Source: Alphaproteobacteria bacterium
GTDB taxonomy: Bacteria > Pseudomonadota > Alphaproteobacteria > G965222575
Length of the DNA stretch: 64,000 nt
Assembly: GCA_965222575.1 (NCBI GenBank)
Contig: OZ244958.1
Location: 160,001 to 224,000, forward strand
Reading direction: 5' to 3'
In this document: positions 1-8,752 of the stretch, piece after piece
Layout of the letters: every line of letters begins with the position of its first letter
How positions within the stretch are numbered: the first letter of the stretch is position 1
Notes under the pieces: model-generated
What the model was told of the DNA's origin: nothing
Seen by the model: the letters and a program-made list of their open reading frames with translations, nothing else
Database searches by the model: none
Translations under genes and position numbers: made by a program

Positions 1-755
1 GGATTACGCGGATCATCTTCAGGAATACCAGCTTCTATCTTCCCAACCAAATCTGCCCCGACATCAGCACCCTTAGTAAAAATCCCTCCGCCTAAACGCG
101 CAAAAATAGAAATGAGTGAGCCTCCAAACCCAAGGGCTATCAAACTCTTCATCAAGGCATCAAAAAAGTCTCTCCCCACCACATCAGGAGGAAACAGAAC
201 ATAACAAAACAAAAAACAGCTCGAAAGAGAGAGAAGTCCCAGTCCCGTCACCAAAAAGCCCGTCACAGACCCACTGAAAAAGGAAGTAGAGAAAGCCTTA
301 TGCAACCCCCCGTCAATGGCGGCAGCGGCTGTGCGCACATTGGCTCTTACTGAAACATTCATGCCAATATATCCCGCTGCTGCTGACGAAATAGCGCCAA
401 CCAAAAACCCAAAAGTTACAGAAATGCCCCCTACTGCTTGCAAAACCACCACTAAAATTACCCCAACAAACCCTATGGTGAGATATTGACGATTCAAATA
501 CGCCGTTGCACCCTCTTGAATGGCCGTAGCAATACACACCATCGCCTTATTCCCAGTAGGTAAACGCAATAACACACAAGTCGTCACAAGACCATAACCA
601 CAACTCAATACTCCGCACGCCGCAACCACATACAGCCAAGTAGACACTTCTCCTATTCCGCCCCTAATCACCCCCCCATAAACCAGTACATAATAAAGAG
701 CAATACCTGTCACTGCAATCAACAGGCAGGAGAACATGATAATCCATAGTCTCAT
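1..755 (-). CDS. hppA: Membrane-bound H+/Na+-translocating pyrophosphatase, N-terminal part (runs off window start; absent from the ORF track)
   Basis: Manual minus-strand translation from ATG 755 (AAGGA RBS upstream) gives [30 protein letters not shown] and the signature [31 protein letters not shown]. Confidence 0.95.
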   Translation of the reverse strand, partial: [251 protein letters not shown]

Positions 756-882
756 AACGTATCCTTTTTTGATAATCCTAATTCCTATATAATATATAAT
801 ACCTATCAGCAAGGCTTATACAGCACAACACTATCATAGTAAAGATAGAGAAACAATTTTTTCTTCCAACCCCCTTGAAATC

Positions 883-1467
883 ATGGGAAAAAAGCACAAA
901 ATTTTTCACAGTTTAGCCTTTGGTTTTATTCTCGCCATAGGATTTTCTGCCACAGCAGTTCTCGTCATTGGCGGCCTTCCCCCTTTTTCTCACTGGCTTG
1001 TACATGTCCCCCTGCTCATAGCCATAGCAGGAGTCAGCTTCTTTTATCTCTCCTTTCGCCCTTACACTTGTATACATACGACCTGTGTCCTGTGTTTGTT
1101 ATTGTTAGTGGAGAGTCTACTCAATCCTCATACACTACAAGGGTGGCGCTATCTCTTCGGTAGTTTTTATCTCACCGTCATTGGGTTTTTGGATGCCATG
1201 GTGTTTGGGTTACTCTGGTTTCTAGGGTTTCTTATGGCCAAAAAATACTTCCCCCTAGGGATCAGAGCATGGCAAGTCATCGGTGCCTTTTTTCTTTTAT
1301 CTCTTGTAGATATTGGTCCCGGTGTGCGCTTAGCCAACCCTATGCACAATAATGTTCTAAGCACTCTTATCACCCTCTTTCTCTCCCCAACTCTTTACAA
1401 TTTGTGGGTTTCTCCAGCAAGTGTTTTTGCCTTGTTATTTTTAGTCGTCTGGTTTACTAAGCCTTAG
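883..1467 (+). CDS. Hypothetical integral membrane protein (about 6 TM segments)
   Basis: 194-aa ORF, almost entirely hydrophobic segments; no family recognised. Confidence 0.65.
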   Translation: MGKKHKIFHSLAFGFILAIGFSATAVLVIGGLPPFSHWLVHVPLLIAIAGVSFFYLSFRPYTCIHTTCVLCLLLLVESLLNPHTLQGWRYLFGSFYLTVIGFLDAMVFGLLWFLGFLMAKKYFPLGIRAWQVIGAFFLLSLVDIGPGVRLANPMHNNVLSTLITLFLSPTLYNLWVSPASVFALLFLVVWFTKP

Positions 1468-1483
1468 GAGGCGAAAATCCTAC

Positions 1484-1512
1484 TTGAACACGCTCTTCGA
1501 ATCTATTACGCT
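1484..1512 (+). promoter_or_regulatory. Possible sigma70 promoter of the ABC operon
   Basis: TTGAAC-N17-TACGCT about 105 bp upstream of the ABC ATPase start. Confidence 0.3.
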
Positions 1513-1618
1513 GAAGGCATCAGGGGGAGGGGAGTATTCATCCCACAAGAGGGCGCAAGATTGAAGTCAGTTGCCATAAGATAGAGTGCGGTGATAAGGA
1601 TTAAGAAAGAAGGTTGTA

Positions 1619-2431
1619 GTGGCGTATTTAGAGCTTTTGGGTATTTCAAAAAATTTTTCAAGCATTCGAGCCTTAGAGGATATCACTTTTTCTGTCAGCA
1701 AGGGTGAGGTGTTAGGGTTTTTAGGTCCTAACGGGGCGGGGAAATCCACAGCCATGAAGATTATTACGGGGTGTGTTCCTGCGACGCGCGGGGTGGTGAA
1801 AGTGTTTGGGACTCCTCTTACGAAAGGCCGCTTAAAGAGCAAACACGCCATGGGGTATCTTCCAGAAGGTAGTCCTGTTTATGGGGAAATGACGCCGTCT
1901 GTTTTTCTCTCTTTTATAGGCAAAGCCCGGCGCATGGCCAAAGAACAATACAAAAGGCGCTTGAATTATGTGGTGGAAAAATTGTCTTTGTGGAGTGTGA
2001 TGCACCGCCCTATTGAAACCTTATCTAAGGGGTACAGACGCCGAGTTGGGATAGCCCAAGCCATTTTACATGACCCGCCAATTTTAATATTGGATGAACC
2101 TACGGATGGATTAGACCCTAATCAAAGGACACAAGTCTTTGAGTTAATCAAGTCCATTGCACCACAAAAGGCGGTGATTATCTCCACACATATTTTAGAG
2201 GAGGTGGAAGCCATCTGTACACGTGGTCTCCTTCTCAATGCCGGCAAAATTGTGAAAGATGTACCGCAGAAGGAAGTGAATCGCCAGTCGTTACAACATT
2301 TATTCGCAAGCTTCACCACCCCCGATGTACAACAAGACAGGACAAACGCCTCTTCTTCTTCTCGCAAAGCCTTCAAGAGAAAAGAGGCATCCCAACACGA
2401 AAAAGAAGGCCCCCCTTCAAATCACCAGTAG
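1619..2431 (+). CDS. ABC transporter ATP-binding protein (GldA-like)
   Basis: Walker A GPNGAGKST, signature LSKGYRRR, Walker B ILILDEPTDGLD, H-loop STHILEE. Confidence 0.92.
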   Translation: MAYLELLGISKNFSSIRALEDITFSVSKGEVLGFLGPNGAGKSTAMKIITGCVPATRGVVKVFGTPLTKGRLKSKHAMGYLPEGSPVYGEMTPSVFLSFIGKARRMAKEQYKRRLNYVVEKLSLWSVMHRPIETLSKGYRRRVGIAQAILHDPPILILDEPTDGLDPNQRTQVFELIKSIAPQKAVIISTHILEEVEAICTRGLLLNAGKIVKDVPQKEVNRQSLQHLFASFTTPDVQQDRTNASSSSRKAFKRKEASQHEKEGPPSNHQ

Positions 2432-2442
2432 AATCTTTAGAG

Positions 2443-3177
2443 ATGTTTATAAGATTATACGCACTGATTTATAAGGAACTACAGCATTACTTTACAACGC
2501 CGCTTGCCTATGTATTCATAGCGGTCTTTTTAGGAGTTTGCGGGGCGTTGACCTTTTACGCCGGCGGATTTTTTGCCCGTAATACAGCGGATATGCTGTC
2601 ACTTTTCGCGTTTTTTCCATGGATTTACATTTTCTTTTTATCAGCCATAGGCATGCGTCTGTGGTCAGAAGAATTCAAATTTGGGACTTTTGAACTGTTA
2701 TTTTCTTTGCCTCTTCACCCTCTAGACATGGTACTAGGCAAGTATCTCGCAGCCTTGCTTGTGGTCATCATAGCCCTTTTGCCTACAGTTATGTTGTGGG
2801 CTACGATTTCCTATCTCGGAAACCCAGACCATCAGGTGGTCATCTCAGGGTATATCGGGGCTATTCTTATAGCAGCGGGATATCTTTCCCTTGCCTCTTT
2901 TGCCTCTGCTCTTTCCTACAATCAGGTCATTTCCTTTATTATCAGTGCAACCTTATGTCTGATTTTCACAGTATTTGGGTCTTCGTTTGTGATGGGGATT
3001 TTTCAACAGTGGGTTCCACTCCCTATTTTAGAGGTGTTGAGAACATTTAGTTTTTTGACGCGCTTTGATATGATGATGAAAGGGGTTATTCGCCTGAGTG
3101 ATGTGTTCTATATTCTGTCTATTATCGCTGTCTTCTTAGGGGGCACGACAATACTTATCACCAACAAAAAAGGGTAA
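2443..3177 (+). CDS. ABC-2 type permease (GldF-like)
   Basis: KEL..YF.TPLAYVF, MRLWSEE.K.GT.ELL.SLP, VLGKYLA; six TM segments. Confidence 0.88.
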   Translation: MFIRLYALIYKELQHYFTTPLAYVFIAVFLGVCGALTFYAGGFFARNTADMLSLFAFFPWIYIFFLSAIGMRLWSEEFKFGTFELLFSLPLHPLDMVLGKYLAALLVVIIALLPTVMLWATISYLGNPDHQVVISGYIGAILIAAGYLSLASFASALSYNQVISFIISATLCLIFTVFGSSFVMGIFQQWVPLPILEVLRTFSFLTRFDMMMKGVIRLSDVFYILSIIAVFLGGTTILITNKKG

Positions 3178-3181
3178 CAAC

Positions 3182-5047
3182 ATGGTAGGGGTGGTGAGAG
3201 TGGCATTGTTTGTATTAGCTCTTGGGGTTGGGGTGGTGGCTTTTAATGTGGTAACTGAGATTCTCTTGCGCCCTTTTCGCTTAGATTTCACGGAACAAAA
3301 AGTCTATACTTTGTCCTCCAACACAAAAGCGCTTTTACAGAATCTTTCTTCCCCGGTGTACTTGAAGTTGTTTGTTTCAGAGAAACTCAGTTACAAGACA
3401 GGGTTTGAGGACTATGGCAAGCGTGTGAAAGACCTCTTAAAAGAATATGTACGCTTAGGGAAAGGGAAGGTTCAATTGGAAATCATTGACCCTATACCCT
3501 TTTCGGAAGCGGAAGAAGAGGCCTTATCGTACAAGATTCAGGGGATACCTGTATCCCAAAGGCGCGGGGATTTTTTCTATTTTGGGTTAGCGGGAGAAAA
3601 TGCCCTCTCTGGAGTTGAGTTGATTCCCCTCTTTGCACCGCAACGTGAGATGTTTTTAGAGCAGGACATTTCCTCGTTGATTGACAAGCTTTCCGCCTTA
3701 AAACGTCCTAGAATAGGCATTTTAACCTCACTGCCTTTTGTGTTTAATACCGGGGAACCATTCAATCAAGGCAAGTCTACTTATCTGTACGAGGTCATCA
3801 AGGAACGCTTTGAGGTAGAGTATATTCCGCTAGCAGGCCCATACCATTTTGAACGCTATGATGTCATTATGGTTGTGCAACCCGGGGAACAGGTGCAGAT
3901 AGAAGCACTACAAGCCCTAAATCGATATGTGGTAGAAGGCGGGCGGCTGTTGGTGATGGTAGACCCGTATGTGGAACTTCAAAGTAGGAGAGAGCAGGTT
4001 TCTTATGCTCTGTCTCAGGACTTCTTAGAGATGCTATCCAAGTGGGGCATTGTCTTTGATGCGGAGACCATTATCGGCGATGGCACTCTAGGGGCAAGGG
4101 TATCGTGGCCTAATGAACGAGGGGGTGCTGATGAGGCGACTTATCCTTTATGGCTTTTTGCCCAACAAGAGGCTCTTTCGCGAGAGGACATTACCACAGG
4201 AGAGTTAAGGCATATGATTTTCAAAACAGTAGGAACCGTAAGTCTTGCTCAAGGGTCGTCTTTAAGGCTGTTTCCTCTTGTTCAAACATCGCGTACAGTA
4301 GGATATTATGACAAAGAGTCGCTGAAAAAATCCCCCTTTGAACTGAGTCAAGACCTCGTCACCATTGACACCCCCCTTTCTATAGTAGCGCGTGTTTCCG
4401 GTCTTATTCCCTCTGCTTTTAAGCCCCTTCCAGCTTCTTCTTCTTCCCCTTCAGAAAAAGGATTACAAAAGACACAACCCGACCCGACCCAAAAGACCTC
4501 TCATATCGTTTTAGTAGGCGATGTGAACTTTCTGGAAGATGAGAGTTGGGTTGTCATTCAGGAAGTGTTTGGACAAAAACTCGTCTATCCCCAGGCCCAA
4601 AACGGACAGTTTATTCTCAATGTCCTAGATCACCTCTGTGGAGATGACTCCATGATTGCTCTACGAAGCCGTAAATCTTCAGCTAGACCTTTCACAAAGG
4701 TGGAAAAAATGCTCAAAGCGGCTCAAGAACAATATATGCAGGAAGAACAACGACTACAAGAGAAACTCGTGGAAATCCGTCAGAAAATTAACGCCCTTTA
4801 TCAGCAAACAGAGGACTCAATTAAAGCTCAAAATATTGACCAGATAACGGCTTTGCAAACGGAACGCATTGCCCTCAATAGAGCCTTGAGAACTGTACAG
4901 CTACACTTTAGAAAAGACATTGAAACCTTAGAAAATAGAATAAAAATCCTCAATATTGCCCTCGTTCCTGTGGGAATTTTGCTCATGGGTCTTTTGATTG
5001 TCTTTATAAGATGGAGGAAAAGAAAAGATGTTTATACCCGTCTCTAA
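3182..5047 (+). CDS. GldG-like ABC auxiliary component
   Basis: RLDFTEQKVYTLS..TK.LL, YVVEGGRLLVMVDP, N..FILN.LD.L.GD..MI.LRSR, C-terminal coiled coil and TM; follows the GldF-like permease. Confidence 0.85.
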   Translation: MVGVVRVALFVLALGVGVVAFNVVTEILLRPFRLDFTEQKVYTLSSNTKALLQNLSSPVYLKLFVSEKLSYKTGFEDYGKRVKDLLKEYVRLGKGKVQLEIIDPIPFSEAEEEALSYKIQGIPVSQRRGDFFYFGLAGENALSGVELIPLFAPQREMFLEQDISSLIDKLSALKRPRIGILTSLPFVFNTGEPFNQGKSTYLYEVIKERFEVEYIPLAGPYHFERYDVIMVVQPGEQVQIEALQALNRYVVEGGRLLVMVDPYVELQSRREQVSYALSQDFLEMLSKWGIVFDAETIIGDGTLGARVSWPNERGGADEATYPLWLFAQQEALSREDITTGELRHMIFKTVGTVSLAQGSSLRLFPLVQTSRTVGYYDKESLKKSPFELSQDLVTIDTPLSIVARVSGLIPSAFKPLPASSSSPSEKGLQKTQPDPTQKTSHIVLVGDVNFLEDESWVVIQEVFGQKLVYPQAQNGQFILNVLDHLCGDDSMIALRSRKSSARPFTKVEKMLKAAQEQYMQEEQRLQEKLVEIRQKINALYQQTEDSIKAQNIDQITALQTERIALNRALRTVQLHFRKDIETLENRIKILNIALVPVGILLMGLLIVFIRWRKRKDVYTRL

Positions 5048-6065
5048 GAAGCTTGTTATTTTTTACCTAGCCCTTGCAGGTCTCTGTGTTTTAGCAGCTG
5101 TGGTAGGGGTTTGGGATTATCAACGGACGACGGGGGGACGGAAAGGCATGAAATTTTTCGCACCAGAACTCAAAGACGTGATGGCCTCCATTGATGAGAT
5201 TCACTTAAAGACAAAAGAGAGCACGGACATCTTGCGTAAAGAGCAAGGGCAATGGGTCATAGAAAATAAAGAGGACTATCCCGCTTCCATTAGTCAGGTT
5301 CACCATTTTATTATAGGGTATAGCAATGCTTCAATTGTGCAGGTGAAGCAAAAGGTTGCGTCTTTTTCAAAGGAGTACGGTTTTGAGGAAGAGAAAGAAG
5401 TTGTTTTATTGGTGAAAGGGTCTTCTGTTCTCAGGGTTAGGCTTGGTGGTACCCCTAAGGATCGCGTAGCAAAGGAGAATAATCGTTATCTTTATGTGTT
5501 AAAAAATGAGGAAGAGGTGGTTTATATGATTAAAGGTCAGATTCCCCACCATGGAGAAGGTTTTCCGATTTATAATCCTGTACTTTTCAACATGTCGTCT
5601 GCGCGTCTTCAGAGGGTTCATGTTACCAACCACCATGGTCAGAGTCTGTATCTTGAGCGCAAACAACAGCAACAACAGGATTCTCAGGCCTTCACTATTG
5701 TTCATCCGAAAGAGAAAAAGGAAAGTTTTGACTCTGAAAAATTACAGGGGCTTTGGAATTCTTTGAGCTATCTTTTTTTTCGTGAGGTGTTTGTAGCCCA
5801 AAACAGCGCCGTTCTAGAGAATCAAGCACTCTACTCCTTAAAGTACGAAACGCTGGAGGGATTACAAATTGTGCTGCGTCTGTATGAAGAGAAAGAAGAG
5901 GAGCAGGAGGCGCGTTATTATATTGTGCTCGGAGCATCTACTACCAAAGCCGCCGCTCAGACCATACGCCAAGAAGCCGCCAACATAGAGTCGCGTCATG
6001 AGAAATGGGTGTACGAAATTGACCCTAATAAGGCACTTGAATGGATGATTCTCCCCAACCAGTGA
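5028..6065 (+). CDS. DUF4340-like membrane-anchored periplasmic protein
   Basis: N-terminal TM, W.I.....YPA, C-terminal WVYEI; usual fourth gene of GldA/F/G-like operons. Confidence 0.65.
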   Translation: MFIPVSKKLVIFYLALAGLCVLAAVVGVWDYQRTTGGRKGMKFFAPELKDVMASIDEIHLKTKESTDILRKEQGQWVIENKEDYPASISQVHHFIIGYSNASIVQVKQKVASFSKEYGFEEEKEVVLLVKGSSVLRVRLGGTPKDRVAKENNRYLYVLKNEEEVVYMIKGQIPHHGEGFPIYNPVLFNMSSARLQRVHVTNHHGQSLYLERKQQQQQDSQAFTIVHPKEKKESFDSEKLQGLWNSLSYLFFREVFVAQNSAVLENQALYSLKYETLEGLQIVLRLYEEKEEEQEARYYIVLGASTTKAAAQTIRQEAANIESRHEKWVYEIDPNKALEWMILPNQ

Positions 6066-6352
6066 AACAGCAAGTTCATAGGAAAAAAGAGATAGCACTA
6101 GAGATAGCGCAAAGAACAGGTCTCCCTTACGTCCAATGTACCTTGCTTATCAATAGTCTGATAAAACATATCAAAGACGCACTCTCTCAACAACAGCCGG
6201 TGAAAATATCAAATTTCGGGGTTTTCACACCACGTGATAAAGCACAACGCATAGGCAGGAATCCCAAAACAGGCAAACTCTACCCCATACCAGCCATGAG
6301 AACAGTGCTATTTCGCCCTGCTAACGGCTTTAAGAAAAAGCTACACCCTTAA
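6041..6352 (+). CDS. ihfA: Integration host factor alpha subunit (start may be GTG 6062)
   Basis: VKISNFGVF..RDK.QRIGRNPKTG; ihfA-merR synteny. Confidence 0.88.
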   Translation: MDDSPQPVKQQVHRKKEIALEIAQRTGLPYVQCTLLINSLIKHIKDALSQQQPVKISNFGVFTPRDKAQRIGRNPKTGKLYPIPAMRTVLFRPANGFKKKLHP

Positions 6353-6353
6353 A

Positions 6354-6692
6354 ATGACAGCTCCTCTTTATAAAATAGGCAACGTGGTAACCCTATTAGG
6401 CATAAGCCACCATATGCTAAGAAATTGGGAAAAAGCACTCTCACCCCTTAAGCCTGTGAAACACAAAGGAGGCAGGCGTTATTACACAGAAGAGCATTTA
6501 ATTTTGTTGCGACAGATAAAACAAATGTTATCAGAAGGCTATACTTTATCAGGCATTTCAAAAGCACTCAAAACCCAAAAGGAAGAAGAGCCTGTAGGCA
6601 CTAGTCTTTTTCAAGTCGCACGCACAGTACTCAAAGGACTGGAATCTCTTCAGGAAGACTTAAAAAATTCCGTCCGCAACCCTCCCTCATAA
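6354..6692 (+). CDS. MerR-family HTH regulator
   Basis: IG.V..LLGI..H.LRNWEK, PVK.KGGRRYY, GYTL.G; canonically follows ihfA. Confidence 0.88.
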   Translation: MTAPLYKIGNVVTLLGISHHMLRNWEKALSPLKPVKHKGGRRYYTEEHLILLRQIKQMLSEGYTLSGISKALKTQKEEEPVGTSLFQVARTVLKGLESLQEDLKNSVRNPPS

Positions 6693-6919
6693 GGCTCAAT
6701 AAGCAACAAAAGCGCGGCAGTGTTGTTCAAAAAGAAACCGCAGAGGCTCTGTTCGTATCCCCTCCCCTTCTTCACAAAAAAGTGTAAAAGCATGTAGAAT
6801 AAAGAGAAGAGGATTTTCTATCAATCCCTGCCAAGATACTGTGCATGGCGAAAACCCTCTTGATTTTTGATAAAAATGTAATTTTATTACAAATAAAAGC
6901 TTTTTTTTATTTTTTTCTA

Positions 6920-6947
6920 TTGACAAACAGAAAAAATATGTTATTAT
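6920..6947 (+). promoter_or_regulatory. Near-consensus sigma70 promoter in an AT-rich leader
   Basis: TTGACA (6920-6925), 16-bp spacer, extended -10 TG-T-TATTAT (6939-6947); upstream T/A tracts and inverted repeat TGTAAT-N3-ATTACA (6877-6891). Confidence 0.65.
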
Positions 6948-6979
6948 TGAATAAATAATATCAAAACGGAGGAAATAAT

Positions 6980-7015
6980 ATGGTTTTGGCTTTTCCAACT
7001 TCTGGTTTTGTTTAG
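6980..7015 (+). CDS. Putative 11-aa mini-ORF MVLAFPTSGFV
   Basis: GGAGGA (6968-6973) 6 nt before ATG; ends with three consecutive in-frame stops TAG-TGA-TAG (7013-7021). Confidence 0.4.
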   Translation: MVLAFPTSGFV

Positions 7016-7104
7016 TGATAGAAAGAACAGGCCTTAAATTCAGGTCGTATTTTAAAAGGTATGACTGTATTTACTCAAGATTGGAGGGCTTATCAGTTCT
7101 CCTT

Positions 7105-7147
7105 AAGTCACCCGCCTCCCACAGGACTTCGGGTGACTTGTTTTTTT
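7105..7147 (+). terminator. Rho-independent terminator
   Basis: Perfect 10-bp stem AAGTCACCCG (7105-7114) / CGGGTGACTT (7130-7139) followed by G and T7. Confidence 0.8.
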
Positions 7148-7155
7148 GAACCCTA

Positions 7156-8460
7156 CTCCATCCCACAAGGGGCATCACCCCCAGTCACTTTGAGGGAAAG
7201 AGGCGTTGGGGCATCACTCCTTTGTTGAGATTGTGAACTTTCAGCCACCCCCCTCCATCATCAGCTATCTTGTTGAGGAAAAGAGGCGTTGTTTGCCACC
7301 CACTCCATTAGGGGCATCACTCTTTTGTTGAGATTGTGAACCTTCAGCCACCCCCCTCCATCAGGGGCATCACTTCTTTGTTGAGATTGTGAACTTTCCG
7401 CCACCCCACTCCATCATCAGCTATCTTGTTGAGGAAAAGAGGCGTTGTTTGCCACCCACTCCATTAGGGGCATCACTCTTTTGTTGAGATTGTGAACTTT
7501 CAGCCACCCCCCCTCCATCAGGGGCATCACTCTTTTGTTGAGATTGTGAACCTTCAGCCACCCCCCTCCATCAGGGGCATCACTCTTTTGTTGAGATTGT
7601 GAACCTTCAGCCACCCCCCTCCATCAGGGGCATTACTCCTTTGTTGAGATTGTGAACTTTCAGCCACCCCCCTCCATCATCAGCTATCTTGTTGAGGAAA
7701 AGAGGCGTTGTTTGCCACCCACTCCATTAGGGGCATCACTCTTTTGTTGAGATTGTGAACTTTCAGCCACCCCCCTCCATCATCAGCTATCTTGTTGAGG
7801 AAAAGAGGCGTTGTTTGCCACCCACTCCATTAGGGGCATCACTCTTTTGTTGAGATTGTAAACTTTCAGCCACCCCACTCCATCAGGGGCATCACCCTTT
7901 TGTTGAGATTGTGAACTTTCAGCCACCCCCCCCCTCCATCAAGGGCATCACCTTTTTGTTGAGATTGTGAACTTTCAGTCACCCCCCCTCCATCAGGGGC
8001 ATCACTCCTTTGTTGAGATTGTGAACTTTCAGCCACCCCCCCTCCATCAGGGGCATTACTCCTTTGTTGAGATTGTGAACTTTCAGCCACCCCCCTCCAT
8101 CAGGGGCATCACTCCTTTGTTGAGATTGTGAACTTTCAGCCACCCCCCTCCATAGGGGCATCCTCCTTTGTTGAGATTGTGAACTTTCCGCCACCCCACT
8201 CCATCAGGGGCATCCTCCTTTGTTGAGATTGTGAACCTTCAGCCACCCCCCCCTCCATCAGGGGCATCACTCCTTTGTTGAGATTGTGAACCTTCAGCCA
8301 CCCGCCCCTCCATAAGGGGGCATAATTCCTTTGTTGAGATTGTGAACTTTCAGCCACCCCCTCCATCAGGGGCATCACTCCTTTGTTGAGATTGTGAACT
8401 TTCAGCCACCCCCCCTCCATCAGGGGTATCACCCTTTTATTGAGATTGTGAACCTTCAGC
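7156..8460. repeat. Tandem array of about 53-bp units (20 copies) with 4 longer variant units, derived from the adjacent NDUFS4-like gene
   Basis: 20 occurrences of GAGATTGT; consensus GCCAC(C)nTCCATCAGGGGCATCACTCCTTTGTTGAGATTGTGAACYTTCA; 24-bp exact match to gene positions 8632-8655. Confidence 0.97.
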
Positions 8461-8749
8461 TATCTTGAGGAAAAGAGGCTTTGAAGTTATCGGCATAACA
8501 TTTTGTATCTATTGCTTGCTCTTGTTCATCAAGAACATGGTAGGCTATGTTCTGAGATTGAGCGTATGCTATGGCGTCTTCTTTTGTTTGAAAGACGAGT
8601 CTCATCCCTTCTCCTTTGCCACCGCTCCATCCCATCAGGGGCATCACTCCTTTGTCTAAAGAAGGGCTCTCTAAAACCCATTGTGCCGTTTTATATCGTC
8701 CTGCCTGTACAGCAGTTTTTCGAGGGCGATAAATCCAAGCTTTTGTCAT
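8456..8749 (-). CDS. ETC complex I subunit, NDUFS4-family accessory protein
   Basis: A.IYRP.KTA.Q.G..KT..WVLE, PLMGW, L.F.TKE.AIAYA, YADNF. Confidence 0.9.
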   Translation of the reverse strand: MTKAWIYRPRKTAVQAGRYKTAQWVLESPSLDKGVMPLMGWSGGKGEGMRLVFQTKEDAIAYAQSQNIAYHVLDEQEQAIDTKCYADNFKASFPQDS

Positions 8750-8752
8750 AGG

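Noticed and set aside
1519-1618. yybP-ykoY-like riboswitch (GGGGAGTA...GCAAGA) in the ABC operon leader
   Set aside because: Only about 18 nt separate the motifs, so the other conserved helices and loop cannot be accommodated.
6693-6780. Decayed tRNA-Pro after ihfA-merR (GTTCGTATC resembles a T-loop)
   Set aside because: No pairing T-stem, acceptor stem or anticodon arm.
6696-6998. 100-aa minus-strand ORF
   Set aside because: It runs antisense through the AT-rich promoter region, has a TTG start and low-complexity composition, and shows no family motif.
7417-8432. Repeat-encoded ORFs (AESSQSQQ..., WLKVHNLNK...)
   Set aside because: These are by-products of a 53-bp unit with variable poly-G; frames switch arbitrarily and there is no consistent frame conservation.
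7156-8460. CRISPR array (AT-rich leader, promoter and regular repeats next to ihfA)
   Set aside because: There are no unique spacers, the whole unit repeats and derives from the neighbouring gene, and no cas genes are in the window.
8456-8749. Diversity-generating retroelement template/variable repeat pairs (also 28247-28344 versus 29060-29157, and 54186-54525)
   Set aside because: No reverse transcriptase is in the window, differences are not adenine-specific, and one pair is identical.
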